This document shows positions 18,382 to 28,179 of a stretch of 64,000 nucleotides of DNA, in pieces. Below the pieces are notes generated by a model. The model did no database searches and had not been told where the DNA came from. It saw only the letters and a program-made list of their open reading frames with translations. Both the position numbers and the translations under genes were made by a program. Within the stretch, counting starts at the first letter, position 1. Each line of letters opens with the position of its first letter. Source of the DNA: Bacteroidales bacterium (GTDB lineage Bacteria > Bacteroidota > Bacteroidia > Bacteroidales > DTU049); NCBI GenBank assembly GCA_016937255.1, contig JAFGWG010000128.1, positions 3,115 to 67,114 on the forward strand, in the 5' to 3' direction.

Positions 18382-19633
18382 ATTTATCTCCCCACCACTT
18401 TTTCAACTGTTTTCTGGTTTCATTCTCTCGTGAATTATTCCCAGGGTCATACAGTTTCAAATTATTTATTTTATCTGGTAAGCATTCCTGTATGGTGAAA
18501 TTTCCATCAAAACTATGGGCATATTTATAATCTTTGCCATAATTCAGATCTTTCATGAGTTTACTAGGGGCATTACGCAAATGTAGCGGAACGGGTAAAT
18601 CACCACTTTTTCTAACTTCTGCCAGTGCTGCATCAATACCACTATAAGCTGAATTGCTTTTTGGAGAACTAGCTAGATATACTGCACACTCGCCAAGAAT
18701 TATTCTCGCTTCGGGCCAACCTATTTTATGAATCGCGTCAAAAGCTGTATTGGCTAGTAATAAAGCATTTGGATTGGCAAGACCAATGTCTTCTGCTGCA
18801 AGAATAAGCATGCGACGGGCTATGAATTCAGGCTTTTCCCCTCCTTCAATTAATCGAGCCATCCAGTAAAGTGATGCATTTGGATCGCTGTTTCGCATGG
18901 ATTTAATGAAAGCTGAGGCGATGTCGTAATGCATTTCACCGCTTTTATCAAATCGGGCCATATTTTCTTGAATAATCTTGCCAAGACTCTCATTTTTAAT
19001 ATTGCATTTCCCTTCAATAGTGCAGTTATTTACCATTAAATCAATAGCATTGTATAATTTTCTGGCATCTCCACCTGAGAAACGATAGAGCGCATCATTT
19101 TCTTCGATTTTGAGTTCAATATTGTGCTTTGAGTAATATTGTATTGCTCTGTTGCATAATTGGTCTAGCTCTGATTTGCTTAGCTCCTCTAAAACATATA
19201 CTTGGCAGCGGGAGAGTAGGGCACTGATGACTTCGAATGATGGATTTTCGGTTGTGGCTCCAATAAGGGTAACAACACCCTGTTCTACTGCTCCAAGAAG
19301 CGAATCTTGTTGTGATTTACTAAAACGATGAATTTCATCAATAAATAAAATGGGGTTGCTTTCTCCTTTGGCTTTGAGAATAACTTCTCTGATGTCTTTT
19401 ACCCCAGATGAAATTGCACTTAGTTGATGAAATGGCTTATTGAGGTAATTGGCGATTAAATTTGCAAGGCTTGTTTTGCCAACTCCTGGAGGTCCCCACA
19501 ATATCATAGATGATATTTTCCCACCCTCAATCATTAATCGTAAGACCTGGCCTTCTCCCATTAATTTCTTTTGCCCTATATATTCAGAAGGGTCTTGAGG
19601 ACGTAATATTTCAGCCAGAGGGCGTGGATCCAT
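18371..19633 (-). CDS. rarA: Replication-associated recombination protein A (RarA/MgsA)
   Basis: PLAEILRP, GPPGVGKT, FIDEIHRF, SAFIKSMR, EDIGLANP, VPLHLRNAP. Confidence 0.96.
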   Translation of the reverse strand: MDPRPLAEILRPQDPSEYIGQKKLMGEGQVLRLMIEGGKISSMILWGPPGVGKTSLANLIANYLNKPFHQLSAISSGVKDIREVILKAKGESNPILFIDEIHRFSKSQQDSLLGAVEQGVVTLIGATTENPSFEVISALLSRCQVYVLEELSKSELDQLCNRAIQYYSKHNIELKIEENDALYRFSGGDARKLYNAIDLMVNNCTIEGKCNIKNESLGKIIQENMARFDKSGEMHYDIASAFIKSMRNSDPNASLYWMARLIEGGEKPEFIARRMLILAAEDIGLANPNALLLANTAFDAIHKIGWPEARIILGECAVYLASSPKSNSAYSGIDAALAEVRKSGDLPVPLHLRNAPSKLMKDLNYGKDYKYAHSFDGNFTIQECLPDKINNLKLYDPGNNSRENETRKQLKKWWGDKYGY

Positions 19634-19759
19634 TATATTTTTTAGCGAAGATAAAAAAAAAGTGTGATAGAAACCATGTACGTATTCTAATTAAAAATCA
19701 TACAAGATTTTGGAAATCGTGGAGAATTATTTACAGAGAAGCAATGATTTAGTTTAAAA

Positions 19760-19811
19760 TGAAAAACCCTAGAATTTGTCGAGCCATGTTGACAAATAAC
19801 TAGGGTTTTCA
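19760..19811 (-). terminator. Long hairpin, probable terminator of the 19840..20886 gene
   Basis: GAAAAACCCTAG...TTTGTC...GACAAA...CTAGGGTTTTC inverted repeat; T-rich tail on the minus strand. Confidence 0.65.
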
Positions 19812-19839
19812 AGGCATCACTATTTATGAAAAAGAAATC

Positions 19840-20886
19840 TTAGGTATTAACGAATACTTTTTTATTTACACTGCCTGAGAATTCATTGAGAATTCGTATG
19901 AAAATGATGTTTCCTCCAATATCACTCCCTGAATTATAGTTTAAGGTGTGCATGCCCTCGTAGAGCATTTTCTGGTCACTTACTATAACTTTACCACTCA
20001 GGTCTACTATTTCAATCCCAATATTTTGTTCTTTAGGGATATAAACGCTAAGAAGAATTTCTCCATTCTGCGAATTAACTCCAGAAATTTGCGGAGATAA
20101 ACCAGACTCATCGGCTTGAACACTAACGATATCAGAAACTGAGGTTTGTCCGTCATAATCGGTTTGCCTTAATCTGTAATACGTTACAGTAGCAGTTGCA
20201 TCAAAATCTGTGTATTCATAGTTCAACGTGCTATTGCTGTTTCCAGCACCATCAATAATGCTTATTGCTTCAAAATCTAGTCCGTTCAATGAGCGCTCAA
20301 TGGTGAAATAATCATTGTTGGTTTCTGTTAGGGTTGCCCAATTGATGTCTACTGTTGAATACTCTTCATTATATTCTGCATCAAAGCTTAATAATTCAAT
20401 AGGCAAAGGGAAATAAAGTGGAGTTACATTTGAAATAGAAATGTCACCTGATTTAATGGCCCAAAACTCATTAGAAGCATTCGTATGTGCAAGTGCTTTA
20501 AAATAGATCGTATCCGCTGAAGTAATGCTTATGGAATCATTAATAAGTCGAACATTATTACTGTTTGTTCCTTGAACAATGGTGTCAATTATCCACGACC
20601 CATTTTCATTTACTTTATGCATTATCATAAACTCATCTGAAGATTCTAGATTTCCGCTTTGGTTAATTTTAATGCTGAAGTAGATATTGAGAGATGAAGT
20701 GTTATTAAGCACCATTGGTGGTAATGAGAGTTCGCACGTTTTATCTTTCACTGTCCATTGTGATGGCACAACATCCCCGCAATTTACCTGATAGGTTGCA
20801 GGGTCACTGAAATTAATTACATATTGCCCTTTTGCCCCGCTGAAGAGGAAAAGTGACAAAGTCAAAAGAAGTATATTTTTTTTCAT
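19840..20886 (-). CDS. Secreted protein with LPIEL Ig-like module and degenerate T9SS type A CTD
   Basis: Signal peptide; PLPIELLSF...WATLTETNNDYFTIERS...YYRLRQTDYDG module; DLSGK in the CTD. Confidence 0.8.
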   Translation of the reverse strand: MKKNILLLTLSLFLFSGAKGQYVINFSDPATYQVNCGDVVPSQWTVKDKTCELSLPPMVLNNTSSLNIYFSIKINQSGNLESSDEFMIMHKVNENGSWIIDTIVQGTNSNNVRLINDSISITSADTIYFKALAHTNASNEFWAIKSGDISISNVTPLYFPLPIELLSFDAEYNEEYSTVDINWATLTETNNDYFTIERSLNGLDFEAISIIDGAGNSNSTLNYEYTDFDATATVTYYRLRQTDYDGQTSVSDIVSVQADESGLSPQISGVNSQNGEILLSVYIPKEQNIGIEIVDLSGKVIVSDQKMLYEGMHTLNYNSGSDIGGNIIFIRILNEFSGSVNKKVFVNT

Positions 20887-21062
20887 TTCTGTTCTTATTT
20901 AGAATTAGACTAAACAAAGATACGACGAAAAAAAGCCCTCCCGACATCAAAATTGTTAAGACTTGCTTAATTTATATTGTTAAATTCGATATCAGTAATA
21001 TGATCGGTTTATATTATGTAAAGCTTTGGTAAATTTTTTTTGATATGTGATATAATATTATG

Positions 21063-21070
21063 TATATTTG
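21063..21070 (+). promoter_or_regulatory. Sigma-A -7 element TATATTTG (divergent partner TATCTTTG on the minus strand at 20915..20922)
   Basis: TAnnTTTG matches on both sides of a divergent intergenic region. Confidence 0.65.
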
Positions 21071-21099
21071 TTGCAGAGGTGAATATTTGATTTATTACT

Positions 21100-21636
21100 A
21101 TGGGGTTAATTGGAAGAATATTATTTGTTTTTCTGCTAAGTATCAGTTACTTTTCTTCAATTGCGCAGAATGGCGATGTTGAAATGTTAGTCGATACTTC
21201 ATATCAGTTTACAAATGAGGCATTTGATTTTGGGGATGGCGTTAAGCTAAGTCCTCCGGCATATTTTCTGCCTTTCGTGCAAAATGAAAAGCAGGGTTTT
21301 ATTCATCAGGGTGCTGCGTCAACCATTCAGGTGCAGATTTATGAAAAGGTTCTATACTCATATATTGCTGCTTCTTTAACGGAAGAAGAGCTTCTGAAGC
21401 AAAATGCTCGTTTGATTGAACACTCTAAAGTGCTTACGAATGATGACAAAGAAGCTGATTTTTTTGTCATCGCTTTCACTTTGAATTCTGATGGAAAAGA
21501 AGTTGAATATGAAAGGATGATGTTGCTTACGGGCGATCATACCAAAGCCATTTGGATTAATGCAAATTACCCTGTATTGGCGAAACAGATATTATTCAAT
21601 GTGTTAAAAGAGAGTTTATTAACTGTTCAATTCTAA
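21100..21636 (+). CDS. Hypothetical exported protein
   Basis: Signal peptide ending SIAQ; no recognised domain; 9 nt upstream of the next gene. Confidence 0.7.
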   Translation: MGLIGRILFVFLLSISYFSSIAQNGDVEMLVDTSYQFTNEAFDFGDGVKLSPPAYFLPFVQNEKQGFIHQGAASTIQVQIYEKVLYSYIAASLTEEELLKQNARLIEHSKVLTNDDKEADFFVIAFTLNSDGKEVEYERMMLLTGDHTKAIWINANYPVLAKQILFNVLKESLLTVQF

Positions 21637-21645
21637 GCAAAGCCT

Positions 21646-24465
21646 ATGAAGAGAATTTACGCTTATCTGCTGGTGCTCATGCTTGGAACTTTTCTTTTTT
21701 CAGAAAGAATGCAGGCTCAAACTCATATTATTTCTCACGATATTGATTGGTCAACACAGAATCAGAATATGTGGGGGCCAAATGGTAGCCCCTGGAATAT
21801 CAATATGAATATTAATCTTTTCGATATTGAGTTTGATACAGCAATTACGGTTGGAGATATAGTAAATATTTTGGGTGGCCAGTTTGGGGCAGAGATAGAT
21901 ATTGATTCATGGTTTAAAATTGGTTCCGATTTTATCATTTCTGGTTTCACTACCGGTAGTGTGGATGTTGATTATCCGGTAACTATTGATATGGAGGTGC
22001 CCGACGATAATACTTTTTGTCCTGGAGAGGAACTTAGCATTGAGTCTTCCTATACTGTGAATAATGGGTGGAAGTTGGATACACATTTCCCGACTGCCGG
22101 GATTATTGGCTTGTATTTAAACTTTGGATTTCAATTGGATGTTGATGCAACAATATGTGTATTTGGGTGTACGTCATTCCCAATTATTAACGTAAATGTT
22201 CCTCTTGATACAACGGCAATTATTGAGCTAAATAGTATTACAGGGGTGTTTAGTTATCCATGTTTTAGCGCAACTTCTTTCCCCCCGATTCAAATTTGTC
22301 ATGATACTATTCTGCCCATTACTTTCAATAATCTTTTTGGAATTGGATTAAGCGGCAGTATTACTTTGCCGTATGTTGAAACGGAAGATTGGTTAGATGT
22401 TATAGATGAATGCAATAAAGATTTATATGCGGCAGGAGACTGTACTTGGGTTACACTGGAAATTGATGTCATTCAGCTTCTTTCCGCTATTGCGGGATTG
22501 ATCCCTCCTCCTGCTGGGCCCGCTATTCAACAGTTTCTAAATTTACTTAGTGGAACCATTGATCTGGGAGCAGGCTTTACCATTGATTATACATTGTTCG
22601 CTGCTTGGTTTGAAATATTGAGTACCATGCAACAGGATTTCCATTTTGATGCGGCGGTTTGGAATAATCTATCATTTCCGCAACCCGTAGAATATTCCGT
22701 GGTCGATCCCCACAATGGGAACCTCCTGATCGATCAGGGGGTTGCAAATGATATTACCTTTGAAGCATGTCATACATTAAATTATATTTGGCCTTGTCAT
22801 AATACAGATTCCATGAATATCGGCGTTAGTCATTCCTTGTCTAACGATTTTACAAATCATACATGGGATAGCCTTTCATTCTCTTTTAATATTGCTGCAT
22901 TGGAATTCTGGCTAAATATTCCTTCTTTCCCAATCGTTCCACCATCTAGTATCCCTGATTTTTGTGTTGAGGTTCCATATATGGATTCAACAAATAATCC
23001 ACAAGGGCTGCAAGATATTTGTATGCCAGGTCTTCGTGTGCCGGGTGTCAATTCTTTTCCTACAGATCTGAGTATTCATATTGGGCCACTTTTCTCATAT
23101 TCTTGGCCAATTGGGTATATCCCAATTACATGGTATAATAATACTTGGGAACTTGCCGGATTTAATGATACAATCTTTCCTTCATTTACTATGGCCACAA
23201 ACTGCCCTGGATTGGAAATTATAGATTTTTCAGCAGTTGATGTGCTTTGTTATGGTGATAGTTCAGGTACGCTCACTATCGAGATTGCTAATGGATCAGC
23301 ACCATATACTTATATTTGGTCTACTGGTGATACAATAGTTCTGAATACTACAATTTCTACACTTACTAACCTTGCTTCAGGCTGGTACTATATTACCGTT
23401 ATTGATAATAATGGTTGTGAAGTAAGCGACTCTGCCGAAGTAATTGATGCATATCCGCCTATTGATGTTTCTATTGCCACAGTAGATATAAATTGTGTTG
23501 GAGGGTCAGATGGCTCAGTAAGTCTAACTGTAACAGGAGGAGCACCCCCCTATAATTATGTATGGGATCCACCGCAGTCTAATTCGCCGCTCGCATCAAA
23601 TCTGCCAGCAGGAACATATACCATTACCATTACAGACAATGTAGGCTGTGATACAATTGTTAGTGCTACACTTATTGAATTGCATCCATTACCCACAATA
23701 AATATTTCTGCAACACCTACAGAAGGATGTCAACCACTTGATGTTCAGTTCTATGAAACTTCGCCTGATTCGGGTCAAACATATTTTTGGGATTTGGATG
23801 AAGGAAATCATTTTAGCTCTGATAAAGACCCATTTCTTACCTATATGTATCCGGGTGTTTATGATGTTGTTCTTATTGTAACATCTGTTTATGGGTGTGT
23901 TGATTCGGTAAGAGTTACCGATATGATTACTGTCTATACTAAGCCGGTGGCTGAATTCAGGCCATATCCTTCTAGTCCAAATCTGGCGGATAATACCGTA
24001 CTGTTCTTTAATGAAAGTTCAAATACATATCTTTCTGAATGGTATTTTGGCGATGGAGGATTCAGTGATTTAACCTACCCAACTCATACATATCAGGATA
24101 CTGGTGATTATATCGTTACCTTATATATTACCTCTGAACACGGTTGTATGGATACTGTTTCACACCCTCTATATGTAGCAGATGTTGTTACCATGTATAT
24201 GCCCAATTCTTTCAGCCCTGATGGTGACGGAATTAACGACTATATTAAGCCTGTTGCGCATGGAATTTACGATAATGAGTATACATTCATGATCTTCAAT
24301 CGTTGGGGAACACTGTTGTTTGAAACAAATGATTACGATGAATATTGGGATGGACATTATAATGGTGTGCTTTGTCAACATGGTGTGTATCAGTATGTAA
24401 TCTTCTATCGTGATAAAACAGGGGTGAAACGAAAATTGATTGGTGGAATACAGTTAATAAGGTAG
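21646..24465 (+). CDS. T9SS type B cargo: unknown N-terminal domain, SprB repeats, PKD domains
   Basis: Two DVxCxGxSxG...GxxPYxYxW...DxNGC-type repeats; two PKD domains (WYFGDG); CTD PNSFSPDGDGIND...IFNRWG...WDG. Confidence 0.9.
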   Translation: MKRIYAYLLVLMLGTFLFSERMQAQTHIISHDIDWSTQNQNMWGPNGSPWNINMNINLFDIEFDTAITVGDIVNILGGQFGAEIDIDSWFKIGSDFIISGFTTGSVDVDYPVTIDMEVPDDNTFCPGEELSIESSYTVNNGWKLDTHFPTAGIIGLYLNFGFQLDVDATICVFGCTSFPIINVNVPLDTTAIIELNSITGVFSYPCFSATSFPPIQICHDTILPITFNNLFGIGLSGSITLPYVETEDWLDVIDECNKDLYAAGDCTWVTLEIDVIQLLSAIAGLIPPPAGPAIQQFLNLLSGTIDLGAGFTIDYTLFAAWFEILSTMQQDFHFDAAVWNNLSFPQPVEYSVVDPHNGNLLIDQGVANDITFEACHTLNYIWPCHNTDSMNIGVSHSLSNDFTNHTWDSLSFSFNIAALEFWLNIPSFPIVPPSSIPDFCVEVPYMDSTNNPQGLQDICMPGLRVPGVNSFPTDLSIHIGPLFSYSWPIGYIPITWYNNTWELAGFNDTIFPSFTMATNCPGLEIIDFSAVDVLCYGDSSGTLTIEIANGSAPYTYIWSTGDTIVLNTTISTLTNLASGWYYITVIDNNGCEVSDSAEVIDAYPPIDVSIATVDINCVGGSDGSVSLTVTGGAPPYNYVWDPPQSNSPLASNLPAGTYTITITDNVGCDTIVSATLIELHPLPTINISATPTEGCQPLDVQFYETSPDSGQTYFWDLDEGNHFSSDKDPFLTYMYPGVYDVVLIVTSVYGCVDSVRVTDMITVYTKPVAEFRPYPSSPNLADNTVLFFNESSNTYLSEWYFGDGGFSDLTYPTHTYQDTGDYIVTLYITSEHGCMDTVSHPLYVADVVTMYMPNSFSPDGDGINDYIKPVAHGIYDNEYTFMIFNRWGTLLFETNDYDEYWDGHYNGVLCQHGVYQYVIFYRDKTGVKRKLIGGIQLIR

Positions 24466-24571
24466 CTTTAATTTTCTATTCTAGAGGTTGAAAAATATAT
24501 GAACATTTTTACTTCTAGCTGTACTGTATGTTCTTATATTACATATATTTGTCTGTTTAAAATTGGGGCTT

Positions 24572-26362
24572 ATGAAAAAGATTTTTATTCTATTATTTTT
24601 TGTGTTCGGCATTTTTACTAATAGTAGCATTTTTGCGCAATGTGGTCCAACTGATCATAGCGGAGCAGATTGGACGATTTCATCTTCAACAACTATTGGA
24701 GGAGAACACATTAATATTGGTACTTTTATGGTGAATGTAGGAGTTACTGTTACTGTTGACTCCAATTGCCATTTTCTTGAGATTAATGCTGATACCATAA
24801 TTATTTATGGTACTATTGATGCAGATGGAGTAGGAGAAGATGGCGGAGCCGGTGGAGCCGGTGGTCCTTATGCGAATGGTAGCGGTGTGCCAGGTGAAGG
24901 AGGTAAGGCTGGTTTGGCTGGTTATGGTACAGGTGGAGGTCTTTCTGGTGATGCTGCCGGAGATGGAGGGTCTTATGCACAGAGTTGTGGAGGTCTTTTG
25001 TGCGCTGGTAACGAAGACGGTTTTAATGGTGGTGGCGGTGGAGCCGGTGGTGGATCTGGGGGTGCTTATGGCGGTAGTGGTGGAGCTGGCGGTTACGGTG
25101 CATTTGGTAGTGGATTTACCAATGCAGATGGTGGCGATTATGGTTCTGGAGGAACTGCATCTGCATCGTATGGAACAGTGAGTGGATCTGATATTGCATG
25201 GGGTTCTGGTGGTGCCGGCGGCGGCGGTGGCGGCGGCGGATATAATTATGGAAGTGCTGGAGGACAAGGTGGTCATGGTGGCGGAATGGTCGCTCTGATT
25301 GCTGAATTTAAGCTTATTATGTCAGGGATAATTCAATGTAATGGAGAAGCAGGTGGCGATGGTGGAAATGGTGGCGGTGAATCTACTGATGGAGGTTACG
25401 ATTGTTCTACTTCAGGATATAATGAATGCTCGATATTTTGTTCGCAATCGGTTTACGATGCAGCTGGTGGAGCTGGTGGAGCAGCCGGTGGTGGTTCAGG
25501 TGGAGGAATATTGTTACAATCTGATGGAGCTTTAAACGTAACAGGAACACTTGAAGTTCGTGGTGGCGTTGGAGGTAATGCTGGTAGCCCAAGCAGCTCT
25601 TATGGTACCTGTTTTGATAATGCCCGTGGTGGTGCCGGTGGTAGCGGTGGCCGTATTAAAATTATGTATAACCCTTGCGTAACGATAAATATTACTGCTA
25701 CTCATAATGTAAGTGGTGGAATTGGTGGCAATGGTGTTGTGAGTGGAAATAATGGCGGCACTGGTACTTATCGTGGAGATTTAATTAGTATTTCTTATAT
25801 TGGACTGGATGCAGGCAATATTAGTCTTGTAGATCCTGTTTTCTGTGATTATGGTGATGTTCCTGCAATATCTTCTACTGGTCTTGCCAGTGGTGGTATT
25901 GTAGGTAATTATAATTATCAGTGGCAATATAGTACCACAGATAGTATTAGCGGTTTTGTGAATTTACCCGGCGAAATTAGTAATACTTGCAATCCCGGTC
26001 TTATTACACTAACAACTTGGTACCGACGTAAGGTTAGTTCTGGTTCATGTGTTGATTATAGCAATGTGGTTAAAGCATCTGTAATTGATTGCTCTGCAAT
26101 TAGTGAGTATAGTGGTTCTATGCAGGTTCAGGTTTTTCCAAATCCGAATAGCGGCGATTTCACTATTAGCTGTAATGAGAATCTTGAGAATGATGCTGTT
26201 GTGAAGATATTTAATGTATATGGTCAGAAAGTATTTGAACAAAGCAATATTGAAGGTCAGAAAACAATACAGCTTAATATAAATCTTTCTGCAGGATTGT
26301 ATTTTCTAGTGCTTGAATCTGGAGAAAATCGTGCATTAACGAAGATTACTATTCAGAAGTAG
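24572..26362 (+). CDS. Glycine-rich T9SS type A cargo protein
   Basis: Signal peptide; long GGAGG tracts interrupted by beta-strands; YQWQYS...WYRRKV Ig-like module; CTD FPNPNSG...GLYFL. Confidence 0.88.
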   Translation: MKKIFILLFFVFGIFTNSSIFAQCGPTDHSGADWTISSSTTIGGEHINIGTFMVNVGVTVTVDSNCHFLEINADTIIIYGTIDADGVGEDGGAGGAGGPYANGSGVPGEGGKAGLAGYGTGGGLSGDAAGDGGSYAQSCGGLLCAGNEDGFNGGGGGAGGGSGGAYGGSGGAGGYGAFGSGFTNADGGDYGSGGTASASYGTVSGSDIAWGSGGAGGGGGGGGYNYGSAGGQGGHGGGMVALIAEFKLIMSGIIQCNGEAGGDGGNGGGESTDGGYDCSTSGYNECSIFCSQSVYDAAGGAGGAAGGGSGGGILLQSDGALNVTGTLEVRGGVGGNAGSPSSSYGTCFDNARGGAGGSGGRIKIMYNPCVTINITATHNVSGGIGGNGVVSGNNGGTGTYRGDLISISYIGLDAGNISLVDPVFCDYGDVPAISSTGLASGGIVGNYNYQWQYSTTDSISGFVNLPGEISNTCNPGLITLTTWYRRKVSSGSCVDYSNVVKASVIDCSAISEYSGSMQVQVFPNPNSGDFTISCNENLENDAVVKIFNVYGQKVFEQSNIEGQKTIQLNINLSAGLYFLVLESGENRALTKITIQK

Positions 26363-27062
26363 AATTTACTTCTTTGTCTTTTAAGTTTTCTAAAAGAAGT
26401 CTGAATTTTACGGGGTGCATACAATCATCAATTGTATGTTCCCCTATTGCTGTTCTGCAAAGAGAACTAAGATGAGAGCCACTCTTAAGTTGTAGCCCAA
26501 AATCTCTAGCTAGAGAACGAATATATGTGCCTTTGCTGCAACGAATATCAAAACCGACTTCTGGTAAGCTGGTGTCTGTAATGTTGAATAAATAGATTTC
26601 TACATCACGACTTTTTAGTTCTACCTCTTCGCCAGATCGTGCATAATCATAGGCATGTTTTCCTTTTACTTTAACCGCACTGTATTGGGGAGGGGTTTGC
26701 TTTATTTTTCCTGTGAAACTTTTTGCTGCATTAAGCAATGATTCTTCTGAAATATGGTTGGTTTCGAATGTTTGATCAATTTCAGTCTCTCGATCAAAAG
26801 AAGGAGTAGTGGCTCCGATGTGAAAAGTGCCTGTATAGCGCTTTTCTTTTGCCATAAATTCTTCCATTCTTTTCGTAAATTTCCCCGTTAAAATAAGTAG
26901 TACGCCAGTAGCCAATGGGTCAAGTGTTCCTGCATGCCCTGTTTTAACTTTGTGGCCAATATATTTGTTGATACTTCTGCGTACATGATGAACAACTTCG
27001 TGGGAAGTCCATCCATAAGGCTTGTCAATTAGAATTAATTCTCCTTTATCAAAATCAAACAT
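26349..27062 (-). CDS. truB: tRNA pseudouridine(55) synthase
   Basis: IDKPYGWTS, GHAGTLDPLATG, CSKGTYIRSLARD. Confidence 0.96.
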   Translation of the reverse strand: MFDFDKGELILIDKPYGWTSHEVVHHVRRSINKYIGHKVKTGHAGTLDPLATGVLLILTGKFTKRMEEFMAKEKRYTGTFHIGATTPSFDRETEIDQTFETNHISEESLLNAAKSFTGKIKQTPPQYSAVKVKGKHAYDYARSGEEVELKSRDVEIYLFNITDTSLPEVGFDIRCSKGTYIRSLARDFGLQLKSGSHLSSLCRTAIGEHTIDDCMHPVKFRLLLENLKDKEVNSTSE

Positions 27063-27064
27063 GA

Positions 27065-27847
27065 TTATACAATATTCAATTGAATCCCCATGGATAGAAG
27101 AATAATGATTGTTGCTCCCACTATGATTCGATACACACCAAAGGAGCGAAATCCAAATTTTGTAAGGAATGAAATGAAAGCTTTGATTGCCAATAATGCA
27201 ACTATAAAGGCTATAATGTTTCCAACAATCAATAGCTGCAGATTATTATTAACTCCAATGATTTCATGGTTTTGCAGAAGTTTGTATGCCGAGGCGCCAA
27301 ACATTGTTGGAACCGCTAGAAAAAAGCTGAATTCAGCGGCAGTTTTACGAGTAAGCCCTTGCGACATTCCCCCAACAATAGTGGCTGCTGATCGGGAAAC
27401 GCCTGGTATCATTGCAATAACCTGAAAAAATCCTATTATTAATGCTCTTTTGATACCGATACTTTGGTCGGGATCGGTTTTGCTGAACCATTTATCTACA
27501 AAAATCAGAACCACTCCACCTACAACCAGAGATATAGCAATTACCATGACGCTCTCAAGAATGCTATCGATAAAATCAATCATAAAGAAACCAATAACAG
27601 CTGCAGGTAAAAAGGCAATAAATAACTTAAAATAGAAATCGAAATTCTTAAAAAATCGTTGCAGATAGAGAACCAAAACAGAGAGAATGGCTCCAAACTG
27701 AATATTGACAACATAAGCTTTTGAAAACGCATCAGGAGTATGTCCCAGAATAGCTTCTGTAATGACCATATGTCCTGTGGAAGAAATCGGTAAAAATTCG
27801 GTTAGCCCTTCAACAATGGCTATAATAATGGCATCAAACCAACTCAT
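27065..27847 (-). CDS. uppP: Undecaprenyl-diphosphate phosphatase
   Basis: VEGLTEFLPISSTGH, PGVSRS, AAEFSFFLAVP. Confidence 0.96.
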   Translation of the reverse strand: MSWFDAIIIAIVEGLTEFLPISSTGHMVITEAILGHTPDAFSKAYVVNIQFGAILSVLVLYLQRFFKNFDFYFKLFIAFLPAAVIGFFMIDFIDSILESVMVIAISLVVGGVVLIFVDKWFSKTDPDQSIGIKRALIIGFFQVIAMIPGVSRSAATIVGGMSQGLTRKTAAEFSFFLAVPTMFGASAYKLLQNHEIIGVNNNLQLLIVGNIIAFIVALLAIKAFISFLTKFGFRSFGVYRIIVGATIIILLSMGIQLNIV

Positions 27848-28110
27848 TATTCGTCATTTGCAGCCTTTGGCTTATATAAAATGGCTACAATTTCAACAAC
27901 AATGCCGGCAAGAATTAATAATGGGGCAATGGTGATTCTTTGTGTATTGAAAATAGCTTCATTAAATACATTGGGATCGTTGGATTTCCCGCCAATCATG
28001 AGTATATAACCTAAAGCCATGAGGGCAAGGCCGATCAGCATTAAAAAATAATTTTTCTTTTCAAAAACAAAGCTTGGTTTAGTTTCGTGTTGATTGTCAT
28101 TCTTACTCAT
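27847..28110 (-). CDS. DUF3098 family small membrane protein
   Basis: Two TM helices, FEKKNY and RITIAP motifs, usual position before uppP-truB. Confidence 0.85.
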   Translation of the reverse strand: MSKNDNQHETKPSFVFEKKNYFLMLIGLALMALGYILMIGGKSNDPNVFNEAIFNTQRITIAPLLILAGIVVEIVAILYKPKAANDE

Positions 28111-28179
28111 GATTCATTATTTAGAGTGCAAATATAGTAACAAAAGAATTAAAACTTTATTGTTTTGTAAATAGATTCA

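Noticed and set aside
24481-24518. Imperfect inverted repeat CTAGAGGT...ACTTCTAG after the type B cargo gene
   Set aside because: AT-rich, bulged, no T tract; at best a weak terminator.
24686-25276. 196-aa Thr/Ser/Ala-rich ORF on the minus strand
   Set aside because: Shadow of the Gly-rich gene: GGN codons read antisense give stop-free Thr/Ser/Ala runs.
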